A stretch of DNA of 64,000 nucleotides from Bacillota bacterium. Its GTDB lineage: Bacteria > Pseudomonadota > Gammaproteobacteria > Natronospirales > REEB76. The notes below the pieces were generated by a model. The model saw nothing but the letters and a program-made list of their open reading frames with translations, was not told the origin of the DNA and searched no databases. Position 1 is the first letter of the stretch, and every line of letters starts with the position of its first letter. The stretch covers positions 11,424-75,423 of the forward strand of contig JBLNDO010000030.1 of assembly GCA_050261675.1 (NCBI GenBank), in the 5' to 3' direction. Position numbers and translations under genes: made by a program. Positions 44,646 through 53,864 of the stretch are shown here, one piece after another.

Positions 44646-44853
44646 GATGACCTCCTGCTCGAATGCCCCAGTGGCCCGTAGTGGCCACTTTCCATAACGC
44701 TTGGGGCATTGTTATGAAAAATCAGCAGGCCAGGAATCAGGTGAAGCCCCGAACTGGTGCATAGGATTTACCCGATATTTATGCAGCGACGTGCAACAAA
44801 GGGGGCAGCTGCGGGTCGGGACAGGCTTAAGGGGTCGTAGGGCGGCGGGTTCA

Positions 44854-45441
44854 TCAGCGCCGGGGCTTGGTCTTCTTGCTGCTGCGCGTCGGCGCCCCGG
44901 GACCCGCGCCGCCCTGCTCGGTTTTCATTTTCGGCCGGATCACCCATACCTGGTAGGCGATGGTGTCCCAGGCATTGTGGATACCGATGAAGAGCAGCAC
45001 CAGGGCCGCGCCGCCGGCCCAGAACAGGGCGTCGCGCAGATGGGCCCCGGCGTCGAACGCCGAGATCCCGAGAGCCGCGTAGGCCCCGATCGGCAGCAGC
45101 GCGTGGAACAGCCAGTCCTCGAACACCGGTGCATAGGCGGTCTGGGTATACATGCGCCGGGTGACGAAGAACGTGTACACCAGTCCCGCTACCCCCATCA
45201 CGCCCCACAAGACCGCCGCGGACGCGATGGTTCCCCAGGGCATGCGCAGCAGCGCCGACAAAAGCAGCACGGCGCTGAAATGGATGATGGTGGGCGTGGC
45301 GAAGGCCGGGCCCGCCTCCGCCGCGCGGGCCGGCGGGTTTTCGGCGATGAGCGTCATCACCACGAACTGCAGGCCGATGAGGGCTCCGGCGGCGGAGCCC
45401 ACTATCACGTAGAAGCTGTCCCAGTCTGTCAGAGCGGACAT
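44854..45441 (-). CDS. membrane protein (5 predicted TM), function unknown
   Basis: ATG 45441 inside ORF 44854..45525: 'MSALTDWDSFYVIVGSAAGALIGLQFVVM...' with a Lys/Arg-rich C-terminal tail. Confidence 0.6.
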   Translation of the reverse strand: MSALTDWDSFYVIVGSAAGALIGLQFVVMTLIAENPPARAAEAGPAFATPTIIHFSAVLLLSALLRMPWGTIASAAVLWGVMGVAGLVYTFFVTRRMYTQTAYAPVFEDWLFHALLPIGAYAALGISAFDAGAHLRDALFWAGGAALVLLFIGIHNAWDTIAYQVWVIRPKMKTEQGGAGPGAPTRSSKKTKPRR

Positions 45442-45817
45442 GGCATTGCCTGTTTCGGTGAGGGCTCTTAAACCTAATCTAAAGAGTATGGGCCAAGCTT
45501 GCCGTTTGAACCACCGACGAAACAAATCGGTGTTCGATTCCGCCCAAACCCAAAGGCGAATTCCACGTTTGTCTGAAGCTTGGGTAGGTCACGCCATCCC
45601 TGGTGCTTTCCAGCCGCCCGCTACGCGGCACATCGTGTGCCGCTTGCGGTCCAGGGCCTACATACTTGTAGGCCCGTTCGCCGCATGCGGCGAACCCCGG
45701 CAGCGGCGTTCGACCCAGGAGTGGAATCACTGATTGGGTGTGGTTCGATTCCGCCTGTCAATTTTTTGATAGCGGCGAGAAACACTACAGGGGTAAGTAT
45801 TGGACCCTTGAAGTGAG

Positions 45818-45893
<76 letters not shown>

Positions 45894-46051
45894 TCGCTAA
45901 AGACACAGCCCTCACCCATTGCCGCTACCTGGCCTTGAGGAGGTTTTTGACTTGCCCCGCCTCCGAAAAGCGGGAAAACACGTAATAAATACGTCGAAGG
46001 GCGGGTATTAGACCGGCAGGGACAGCCGGGGTCAAGGGGTTTGGCTGTTTT

Positions 46052-46081
46052 TTGACTTCCCGCCCGTGCCGCCACTACCCT
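46052..46081 (+). promoter_or_regulatory. possible sigma70-type promoter for egtB
   Basis: TTGACT (46052-46057), an 18-nt spacer, then TACCCT (46076-46081). The GAGGAG RBS is at 46087-46092. The -10 is weak. Confidence 0.3.
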
Positions 46082-46098
46082 GCCTTGAGGAGCTGCGC

Positions 46099-47355
46099 AT
46101 GAACATCCGGGCTTTCCCTGCCGCCGCCACAGCCGCCGAGCCGCCGCCGGCAGAACGCTATGGCGCGGTGCGCGTCCTGACCCTGGAGCTCTGTCGCGGG
46201 CTCGGTCCCGAAGACATGGCGCTGCAGAGCATGCCGGACGCCAGCCCCGCCAAGTGGCATCTCGCCCACACCAGCTGGTTCTTCGAGGAGTTCGTGCTCG
46301 CCCCCCACGCGAAGGGCTACACGCCCTTCCATCCGGATTTCCGCTATCTGTTCAATTCCTATTATGAAAGCGTGGGGCCTCGGCACCCGCGTCCCGCGCG
46401 CGGCCTGTTGTCGCGCCCCGGCGTCTCCGAGATCCTGGATTACCGGGCCCACGTGGACCGGTACATGCAGGCGCTGCTCGAGGCGCGCCGCGGCGATGCG
46501 GCGCTGGATGCCCTGGTGACCCTCGGCCTCAACCATGAACAGCAACACCAGGAATTGCTGCTCATGGACATCAAGCATCTGTTTTCGCTGAACCCCCTGA
46601 GACCTGCATGGCGGGACCTGCCCGCGATGCCCTCGCCTGCGGACGTCCCCTTGAAGTTTCTCCCGCGCGGCGCGGGCCAAGTGTCCATCGGCCACGGGGG
46701 GCGCGGCTTCGCCTTCGACAACGAGACCCCGCGGCACGCCGCACTGCTCACGGCCCACGCGCTCGCTTCGCGTCCCGTCAACAACCGCGAATACAAGGAG
46801 TTCATCCGGGACGGCGGTTACCGGCGGTCCGAGCTCTGGCTCTCGGACGGCTGGGCGGCACGCGAACGGGAAAGCTGGGAACGGCCGCTCTACTGGGAGG
46901 CGAATCTGCGGGAGGAATTCACCCTCGGGGGACCTCGCGAGATCGCGGACAGCGCACCTGTGTGCCACGTGAGCTGGTACGAGGCGGACGCCTACGCCCG
47001 CTGGGCGGAGGCGCGCCTGCCCACGGAAGCGGAATGGGAAAGCTTCGCGGCGGCGGAACCCGTCACGGGCAATTTCCTGGACGCAGGACTGTTCCGCCCG
47101 GCACCGCCGGCAGGCTTGGGCCTCTTCGGTGACGTGTGGGAATGGACCGGGAGCCCCTACTCCCCCTACCCCGGCTTCAAGCCCCTGGGCGGCGCCCTCG
47201 GGGAATACAACGGCAAGTTCATGGCCAACCAGTTCGTGCTCCGGGGCGGGGCGTGCGTGAGCCCGGCCGGCCATCTGCGTGCGAGCTATCGGAACTTCTT
47301 CTACCCGCAGCAACGCTGGATGTTCGGCGGCCTGCGCCTCGCCCGGGATGTCTGA
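46099..47355 (+). CDS. egtB: ergothioneine biosynthesis protein EgtB (hercynine sulfoxide synthase; DinB_2 + FGE-sulfatase domains)
   Basis: 'PDASPAKWHLAHTSWFFEEFVL', 'LNHEQQHQELLLMDIK' and 'GDVWEWTGSPYSPYPGF'. ATG 46099 with GAGGAG RBS. Confidence 0.85.
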   Translation: MNIRAFPAAATAAEPPPAERYGAVRVLTLELCRGLGPEDMALQSMPDASPAKWHLAHTSWFFEEFVLAPHAKGYTPFHPDFRYLFNSYYESVGPRHPRPARGLLSRPGVSEILDYRAHVDRYMQALLEARRGDAALDALVTLGLNHEQQHQELLLMDIKHLFSLNPLRPAWRDLPAMPSPADVPLKFLPRGAGQVSIGHGGRGFAFDNETPRHAALLTAHALASRPVNNREYKEFIRDGGYRRSELWLSDGWAARERESWERPLYWEANLREEFTLGGPREIADSAPVCHVSWYEADAYARWAEARLPTEAEWESFAAAEPVTGNFLDAGLFRPAPPAGLGLFGDVWEWTGSPYSPYPGFKPLGGALGEYNGKFMANQFVLRGGACVSPAGHLRASYRNFFYPQQRWMFGGLRLARDV

Positions 47356-48337
47356 TATGCGCATCACCGAATCCTCGCCCCTCACCCTGCACGACTACCA
47401 CCCGCGGCTCGACGAGATGTGCGAGGAGGTGCTGGCGGGTTTGAGCGAGCCGCAGAAGACCCTGCCCTGCAAGTATTTCTACGACGAGCGCGGTTCGGTG
47501 CTCTTCGAGGCCATCTGCGGGCTGCCGGAGTATTACCTGACGCGCACCGAGCTCGGCATCATGGAGACCCATGTGGGCGCCATGGCGGCGGCCCTGGGCA
47601 CGGGGGTGCTGCTGGTGGAACCGGGTAGCGGCAGCGGCGTGAAGACGCGCCTATTGCTCGAACACCTCCCGGACCCGGTGGCCTACGTGCCGGTGGACAT
47701 CTCCCGGGAGGCGCTGCTCGCCTCCGCTGTGCGCCTGAACCGGCTCCACCCCAGGCTCGAGGTGCTGCCGGTATGCGCCGATTTCAGCCAAGCCTTCGCG
47801 GTGCCGGCGCCGCGGCGCCGGCCGCAACGGGGCGCGGTGTATTTCCCGGGCTCCACCATCGGCAATTTCACCCCCGCCGAGACGGTTCGCCTCCTGCGCC
47901 ACATGCGCGATCTCGCCGGTCCCGACGGGGCGCTGCTCATCGGCGTGGACCTGAAGAAAGACAAGGCCGTGCTGGAGCGGGCCTACGACGATGCGGCGGG
48001 GGTCACCGCCGATTTCAACCTCAACCTCCTCGCGCGCATCAACCGGGAACTCGACGGGGATTTCGATCTCCAGACCTTCGACCACCGTGCGGTCTACAAC
48101 GAGGCCGAGGGCTGCATCGAGATGCATCTCGTGAGCGCCTGCCAGCAGCAAGCCGTGGTGGCGGGTGAGCGTTTTCACTTCGCCGCGGGGGAACACATCC
48201 TGAGTGAACGCTCGTACAAGCACAGCCCAGAGGGTCTCGCGGCCCTCGCCGCCCAGGCAGGCTTGCGCATCGAGCAACAATGGACGGACGACCGGCGCTA
48301 CTTCAGCGTGATGTACCTCGTCCCTGAGACCCGTTAA
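47348..48337 (+). CDS. egtD: L-histidine N(alpha)-methyltransferase EgtD
   Basis: 'LPCKYFYDERGSVLFEAICGLPEYYLTRTE', 'VEPGSGSG' and 'YFPGSTIGNF'. ATG 47348 overlaps the egtB stop (alternative ATG at 47357). Confidence 0.85.
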   Translation: MSDMRITESSPLTLHDYHPRLDEMCEEVLAGLSEPQKTLPCKYFYDERGSVLFEAICGLPEYYLTRTELGIMETHVGAMAAALGTGVLLVEPGSGSGVKTRLLLEHLPDPVAYVPVDISREALLASAVRLNRLHPRLEVLPVCADFSQAFAVPAPRRRPQRGAVYFPGSTIGNFTPAETVRLLRHMRDLAGPDGALLIGVDLKKDKAVLERAYDDAAGVTADFNLNLLARINRELDGDFDLQTFDHRAVYNEAEGCIEMHLVSACQQQAVVAGERFHFAAGEHILSERSYKHSPEGLAALAAQAGLRIEQQWTDDRRYFSVMYLVPETR

Positions 48338-48604
48338 TTATTCTGGTTTATATCCGTCCGGCTTCTTGGCACCGCCTTCGAACAAGAACTTCTGCATCTC
48401 TTCTTCGAGAAACTTGCGGGCCTTCGGCTCGATCAGGGACAGGCGGTATTCGTTGATGAGCATGGTCTGGTGGCGCAACCACAGCTGCCAGGCCTGTTGG
48501 GAAACCTGCTCGTAGACGCGCTTGCCGAGTTCGCCGGGATAGGGCGGCCGTTCGAAGCCCGGCAACTCTTCCTTCAGCAACGCGCACATCACAGTCCGGG
48601 CCAT
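48338..48604 (-). CDS. yggX: oxidative damage protection / Fe(II)-trafficking protein YggX
   Basis: 88 aa. '[34 protein letters not shown]' closely resembles E. coli YggX. Confidence 0.9.
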   Translation of the reverse strand: MARTVMCALLKEELPGFERPPYPGELGKRVYEQVSQQAWQLWLRHQTMLINEYRLSLIEPKARKFLEEEMQKFLFEGGAKKPDGYKPE

Positions 48605-48607
48605 CGC

Positions 48608-49675
48608 TTACCCTCCCGCCAGAGTGTCCAGAAGTCGTTTCACCGGCGCCGCGAGGCCGAGCCGCGGCAGCGCGCCGACCGTCTGCCAACGGCTGTCCCC
48701 GGCGTCTTGCACCGCGGCGGCGGCCGGCAACGAGAGTTCCACAGGCTCGATGTCCAGGTGAAAGTGACTGAAGCTGTGCCGCAGGCGCGGCCAGCTGCGG
48801 ACCACGCGCGGCGTGGCGCCGAAGCGCGCCCGGCACCAGGCGAACGGGTCCGCATCATGGGCGATTTCCGGGAATCCCCACAACCCGCCCCACAGGCCCG
48901 CCGGCGGACGCCGCTCCAGCAGCACCGTATCTTCCTGGCGCACCAGGAGCATGCGGGTGCGTTTCACCGGCAGCGTCTTCTTCGGGCGTGCCGCCGGATA
49001 CCGGGCCTCGCGGCCGAGCGCGTGGGCGCGGCAATCCGCCGATACGGGGCACTCGCCACAACGCGGCCGGCTGCGGGTGCACACCGTGGCGCCGAGATCC
49101 ATGATGGCCTGGGTGTAATCCGCCACCCGCTGTTCCGGCGTCAGCGACTCCGCCAGCGCCCAGAGCTTCGCCTCCACTTTCTTCTCGCCGGGCCAGCCCT
49201 GCACCGCTCCGTGGCGGGCCAGCACGCGCTTCACGTTGCCGTCCAGGATCGGGTGCCGCTGTCCCGATGAGAGCGCAAGAATCGCCCCGGCGGTGGAACG
49301 GCCGATGCCGGGGAGCGCCGCCACCGCCTCGAAGTCACGGGGGAACCGGCCATCGTGCCGGTCACGCACCGCTTGCGCCGCCTTCTGCAGGTTGCGGGCC
49401 CGGGCGTAGTAACCCAACCCCGTCCAGAGGTGCAGCACTTCATCCAGGGGGGCGTCGGCGAGTGCGTGCACATCGGGGAAACGCTCGAGGAAGCGCCGGT
49501 AATAGGGAACCACCGCCGCCACTTGGGTCTGCTGCAGCATGATCTCCGAGACCCACACGCGGTAGGGCGTACGGCGCCGCTGCCAGGGCAGGTCGTGCCG
49601 CCCGTGGCGCCGCGCCCAGGCGAGCAGCCGGCCCGCGAAGCGCCTAGAGCGTGCCGCCGGACGGGTTCTTTTCAT
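48608..49675 (-). CDS. mutY: A/G-specific adenine DNA glycosylase MutY
   Basis: ATG at ORF-track coordinate 49675. '[24 protein letters not shown]', '[13 protein letters not shown]' (HhH), '[17 protein letters not shown]' (4Fe-4S loop) and a C-terminal NUDIX-like domain. Confidence 0.9.
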   Translation of the reverse strand: MKRTRPAARSRRFAGRLLAWARRHGRHDLPWQRRRTPYRVWVSEIMLQQTQVAAVVPYYRRFLERFPDVHALADAPLDEVLHLWTGLGYYARARNLQKAAQAVRDRHDGRFPRDFEAVAALPGIGRSTAGAILALSSGQRHPILDGNVKRVLARHGAVQGWPGEKKVEAKLWALAESLTPEQRVADYTQAIMDLGATVCTRSRPRCGECPVSADCRAHALGREARYPAARPKKTLPVKRTRMLLVRQEDTVLLERRPPAGLWGGLWGFPEIAHDADPFAWCRARFGATPRVVRSWPRLRHSFSHFHLDIEPVELSLPAAAAVQDAGDSRWQTVGALPRLGLAAPVKRLLDTLAGG

Positions 49676-50255
49676 CTTCCGCTCCGCCGGTGAGCGGCGG
49701 CAGCTGCGCCTCTTCCCGCGCCAGTTTCTCGATGCCTGCAGCGCTGCGCTCGCCCTCGGCGCGCAGGCTCCCGGAGAGCAGCACCGGTCCGATGAGCGGC
49801 GGCACCCAGAATCCCGGCTCGATGGCGAGTTCCCAATGCAGGCGCGTGCCGCCACGCTCCGCCTCCACATGCAGGAGGGCGCTGCCCGATTTGATGTTGT
49901 TCTCCGGCTTCGGTACCACTTCCGCACTCAGGTCTTCCGGCGAAAGCTGCACGATACGCTGCAATTCGCGGGCATGACGGCAATAGATGAAGATGCAGAC
50001 GCGGGTGTCGGTGTAGACGAGCGCCGTGGCCGCGTCCAGCCTCTGCACCAGGCTGCTCTTCACCACCGAGGGCGAGATGCGCGAGAGGTGTGCGTAATCG
50101 GTGAGCACCTTGTAGACCTGCTCCGGCGGCGCCGCCAAGTGGATGTCGGCCACCATCCTGTACACACCGTCGTCGTGGCTCACCTGCAGGGAATAGAACT
50201 GGGCGGCGGCGACGGGGCCGCTCGCGAGGTACAGCGCCAGACAGAGTGCGCGCAT
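49644..50255 (-). CDS. secreted SRPBCC (START/polyketide-cyclase-like) family protein
   Basis: Signal '[17 protein letters not shown]|A'. '[18 protein letters not shown]' is typical of the SRPBCC fold. Its 3' end overlaps the mutY start by 32 nt. Confidence 0.6.
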   Translation of the reverse strand: MRALCLALYLASGPVAAAQFYSLQVSHDDGVYRMVADIHLAAPPEQVYKVLTDYAHLSRISPSVVKSSLVQRLDAATALVYTDTRVCIFIYCRHARELQRIVQLSPEDLSAEVVPKPENNIKSGSALLHVEAERGGTRLHWELAIEPGFWVPPLIGPVLLSGSLRAEGERSAAGIEKLAREEAQLPPLTGGAEDEKNPSGGTL

Positions 50256-50330
50256 CCTCCACCTCCCATGGCCCCGGGTCCGGGGAGTCCGACCGCGTCC
50301 GGGCGCCGCCGATTCCCCGCGACATGGGCG

Positions 50331-52322
50331 CTAGGGCTTGCCCTTCACCGCGCCCGTGTCCGGACGCACCATGAGGTCCGAGAGCGTGCCGGTCACATGC
50401 AATGGGATGCTCTGGCCCTTGAGGGGAGCCAGAACCCCGCCCTCGCCGGGCCCGGTGACCCGCCCCTTGAGGGCATAGTCCACCGTCAGGCTCAACAGGT
50501 CCAGTTTCCCCGCACCGCTCAAGCCCAGGCCCGGCAGCAGCGCGGCAAAATTACGGTCGTTCAAGACGCCGTCCCGCACGCCGCCGGAACCGCGCAGTTC
50601 GGTGAATTCGGTGCGCAACCGCGTGGGGGACGGGACCGGCTGACCGCGCACGGCGGCCCAGGCGCGTGCGATGCTGTCCGTGACGTTCACCCCCTCGATT
50701 GCGCCGTTCTTGAGCGCGAAGCTCAGGCTCCCTTTCAGGGTGCGGCGCAGCAAGAGCACGAAGCGCCCATGGGCGCGCCCGGTGCTGCTCACGTCCAGGC
50801 TGCCCGAGTAGTGGCTCGGTTTGCCCAGGTCCTGCCCAAGGCCGGCGAGCTGCACACCCTTGAGCGTCAGCGTCTCGTCCACCACGGGATCGTCGGCATT
50901 GGCCAGACGCGCGTCCACCTGCATTTCTGCGTTGAGGCTGCCGCCGTACAGCGACGCCGTCATGGGTTTGAGCTGCACCAGGCCGTCATGGGCGCTCAGG
51001 TCCATGTCGAGATCGGTAGTCTTGGTGCCGATGAACGTGAACTGTCCGACGTGCAGGTGGCCATCCAGGTTCATGCTGCGCACGGTGCGCAGCGGGATGC
51101 CGACCTTGTTGATGTCCACCTCCTCGCGTGGCTTGTCCGGGGTGCCGAGCTGCTGCGGCGGCAGGTAGCGGTCCACGTCCAACTGGTCGGCGGTGAGGTC
51201 GAAGGAGAATGCGTGGCTGCTGTAGTCCTTGATGCCGGCGCCGCCGATCAAGTGCGTGCTGTCCAGCATCATGTCCAGGCCGTTGATGGAGAGCGACGTG
51301 GGCGTGGCCACGAACGTGAAACTCGCGGTGGCGCTCGCAAGCGCGTTGTTGTCGCGGATATCCGCGTAGGCGGCGCGCCCGACGGCCTTGAGCACGTCGC
51401 GCGGCGAGAAACGCGCGAACTTCACGGTGCCCGTATAGTTCGGACTTTTCTCGATGTCCCGGCCCTGCGCCTCCACGTCCAGCTTGAGGCCGTACAGTTC
51501 CGCCTCGAAACCGTTCACCGCCACGCTCTGCTGCTCCAGGTTGGCGGCGGCATGTTGCCAGCGCAAACTCGCGTCCGCCGTGCCGCCCGGCACGCCGTCG
51601 CCCTTCGCCTGCAGCTTCAGCGTGGCGGCATCCGCGCTGTAGATGTGGTGTTCCAGGTCCGCGTCGGCGGTGCCGGCGAAATCCACGTGCCCGGCGAGCG
51701 CCGGGTTGGTGCCGCTGAAATCGAAGCCAGAGGTCACAGCAAAGGGCTTGCCGGAAGCGAATTGGCCGAGCGTGAGACTGAAGTCGCTGATCTTGTACTG
51801 CTGGTGTTTCTGGGCGTCGGTCCAGCGCACCTCGCTGTCGCCGACGCCGACGCTCGCGCCCGAAAGATCCACGCCGCCGCCCGACCCGCCTTCGCCCTCT
51901 TTCGCGCCGCGCGAGAGACGCTCGGTCAGATCCTGCCAATTGCTGTGGCCGTCCGCGTCGCGCTCGAGATCAAGGCTCAGGCCGTCGATCTTGATGTCGC
52001 CCACTTCCACATGTCGGCGCAACAGCGGCCAGAAGGCCACGTGCACGTCGGTCTCGTTCACGGCGGCGAACGGCACCGCGCCGAAACCCCTGGCGTTCGA
52101 CAATTCCAACGGCCCGATCTGCAGACCGAGCCAGGGGAACACCGAGAGCTTGATGTCGCCCTGGACCGCCAGCTCGCGGCCGGTCCTTTCCTTGACCAGT
52201 TGCGCGATGTCGTCCTTGAAGCGGTTCGGATTGATCAGGAAGGGCAGCAGCACGGCGAGCGCGATGATCAAGAGCACCAGGATCCCAACGACGATACCGG
52301 TGATCTTCAGCGCTTTCTTCAT
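50331..52322 (-). CDS. asmA: AsmA family outer-membrane biogenesis protein
   Basis: N-terminal anchor 'MKKALKITGIVVGILVLLIIALAVLLPFLINPNRFKDDI', then a long beta-rich body with a C-terminal AsmA-like region. Confidence 0.8.
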   Translation of the reverse strand: MKKALKITGIVVGILVLLIIALAVLLPFLINPNRFKDDIAQLVKERTGRELAVQGDIKLSVFPWLGLQIGPLELSNARGFGAVPFAAVNETDVHVAFWPLLRRHVEVGDIKIDGLSLDLERDADGHSNWQDLTERLSRGAKEGEGGSGGGVDLSGASVGVGDSEVRWTDAQKHQQYKISDFSLTLGQFASGKPFAVTSGFDFSGTNPALAGHVDFAGTADADLEHHIYSADAATLKLQAKGDGVPGGTADASLRWQHAAANLEQQSVAVNGFEAELYGLKLDVEAQGRDIEKSPNYTGTVKFARFSPRDVLKAVGRAAYADIRDNNALASATASFTFVATPTSLSINGLDMMLDSTHLIGGAGIKDYSSHAFSFDLTADQLDVDRYLPPQQLGTPDKPREEVDINKVGIPLRTVRSMNLDGHLHVGQFTFIGTKTTDLDMDLSAHDGLVQLKPMTASLYGGSLNAEMQVDARLANADDPVVDETLTLKGVQLAGLGQDLGKPSHYSGSLDVSSTGRAHGRFVLLLRRTLKGSLSFALKNGAIEGVNVTDSIARAWAAVRGQPVPSPTRLRTEFTELRGSGGVRDGVLNDRNFAALLPGLGLSGAGKLDLLSLTVDYALKGRVTGPGEGGVLAPLKGQSIPLHVTGTLSDLMVRPDTGAVKGKP

Positions 52323-52595
52323 TCTTCGGGCTGCCTCGTCCGGGAGCGCGCCCTGGCGCGCCGCACACGGTCCATGTTAGCAGCTTGCCCCCCGCGGGCC
52401 TAGCGAACCGGCGGTTTCGAAGGCCTCAACACGGCACGGAAACGGTCGAATTCCAGCGGCCGACCGGTGAGATAACCCTGCGACAGATCGCAACCGTGAC
52501 ACTCTGGGAACACAGCGGGTGCGCAGTCTCATACAGAGGCAGGTCGTCGGATGAAACCGCTCAGGCAGCGGTCAGGCTGGACTTAGGAGAACGGC

Positions 52596-53048
52596 TCAGG
52601 CGTTGATCGCTTCGAGCTGCGGTATCAGGTCCTGGTAAATCTCGGATTTGACCACGAAACCGTCGGCGCCGGATTGCATGGCCATGTCCTTGTACTCGGG
52701 TTCCATGTGGGACGTGACGATGACGACCTTGGGTGGCTTGGGTCCTGCCTTCAAACGGCGTGTCACGCTGAGGCCATCCATGTCGGGCATGCTGAAATCC
52801 ACCAGCACCAGGTCGGGCTCCAGCTCCGCCGCGAGCTTGAGTCCGTCCTTGCCGTTGTGGGCGCGCCCCACCACCACGATCCCCGACCGGCTGCGCAGCA
52901 GCGCCGTGAGGGCATCGATGAAAGGTGGGTAGTCGTCCACCAGAATTACGCGCATGCCGGCCGGATCCTCACCAACAGCGGGAAGGCCCTCCCGATCGGG
53001 TTCCGCCCCTTTATGGGCGGCGGCGTTTTCCACATCACTCTCGAGCAT
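52596..53048 (-). CDS. single-domain response regulator (REC only)
   Basis: 'RVILVDDYPPF', 'DLVLVDFSMPDMDG' and 'VVIVTSH..K'. The start is ambiguous (ATG 53105, 53048 or 52955); 53048 was chosen on AGGAG spacing. Confidence 0.7.
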   Translation of the reverse strand: MLESDVENAAAHKGAEPDREGLPAVGEDPAGMRVILVDDYPPFIDALTALLRSRSGIVVVGRAHNGKDGLKLAAELEPDLVLVDFSMPDMDGLSVTRRLKAGPKPPKVVIVTSHMEPEYKDMAMQSGADGFVVKSEIYQDLIPQLEAINA

Positions 53049-53204
53049 CTGTCCGGGCTCCTGGTTACGGCCCAGACTGTGCACCTTTATGTGAAAAGAG
53101 TGCATGAGGGGGGCCCTGATTTGGCATCAGGGAATCCCTGATTTGAAGGAAACCGGGTGGCAGAAGGCTTGGCGGGAGCCGGCCCGCCCCCCGGGGCCGG
53201 GGAG

Positions 53205-53834
53205 TCAGCCGCTGATCAGTCCTTTGCGCATGGCGAACTTGATGAGGCCGGCCACGTCGTGAATGTCCAGGCGGTCCATCAGCTGGGCCCGATGTGTCTC
53301 CACCGTTTTCACCGAAAGATGCAGGGTCTCGGCGATATCGCGGGTGGACTTGCCCTCGGCGATGAGCTGCAGGATTTCCCGCTGGCGCGGCGTGAGGAGG
53401 TCGAGACCGGTGGGGCCGCCATGCAGCAAGGTATCCACCACCTGCCGTGAAATGGCCGGGCTCAGGTAGAACTGGCCCATGGACACGGACTTCAAGGCCA
53501 TCTCCAGCTCGGCCGTGGCGGCGTCCTTCAAAAGGTACCCGGACGCCCCTGCCTTGAGGGCTTGGGCCACGTATTCCTCGCTGGCGTGCATGGAGAGGAT
53601 GATGATCTTCACTTGCGGCAGGATGCCGTGGATGCGCTCTGCGGCCTCCAGGCCGTTCAGGCCCGGCATGGCGATGTCCATGAGCACGATGTCCGGCTGC
53701 AGGTCGCGGGAGAGGCGCAGCGCCTTGCGGCCGTCGTCCGCCTCGGCCACCACCTCCATGTTCGGCAGACGCGCGATGAGCTGCACCAGCCCCGCGCGCA
53801 TGAGGTTGTGATCGTCCGCTACCAGTACTTTCAT
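53205..53834 (-). CDS. NarL/FixJ-family two-component response regulator (REC + LuxR HTH)
   Basis: 'KVLVADDH', 'DIVLMDIAMPGLNG' and 'LTPRQREILQLIAEGKSTRDIAETLHLSVKTVETHR'. Confidence 0.9.
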   Translation of the reverse strand: MKVLVADDHNLMRAGLVQLIARLPNMEVVAEADDGRKALRLSRDLQPDIVLMDIAMPGLNGLEAAERIHGILPQVKIIILSMHASEEYVAQALKAGASGYLLKDAATAELEMALKSVSMGQFYLSPAISRQVVDTLLHGGPTGLDLLTPRQREILQLIAEGKSTRDIAETLHLSVKTVETHRAQLMDRLDIHDVAGLIKFAMRKGLISG

Positions 53835-53864
53835 CGCCGCACCCTCCGCGCCGTCCTTGACCGC

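Noticed and set aside
45480-45817. tmRNA (standard or two-piece/permuted), or an intact second tRNA on the plus strand.
   Set aside because: - There is no GGGG...acceptor pairing with a 3' ...ACCA end.
- There is no resume codon or ...ALAA-type tag reading frame in any frame I tried.
- The T-arm-like stems are imperfect (ggtg-ttcgatt-ccgcc with one base missing; tgtgg/ccgcc with a mismatch).
- No matching acceptor, D or anticodon arms could be folded.
49560-49830. Apparent 1-nt register discrepancy between my hand indexing of the printed sequence and the ORF-track coordinates (around 49620/49621 and 49800/49801).
   Set aside because: This is most likely my own counting or reading error at line boundaries. 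The ORF-track frames translate into coherent MutY and SRPBCC proteins, so I used track coordinates. Treat positions in this stretch as accurate to plus or minus 1 nt.
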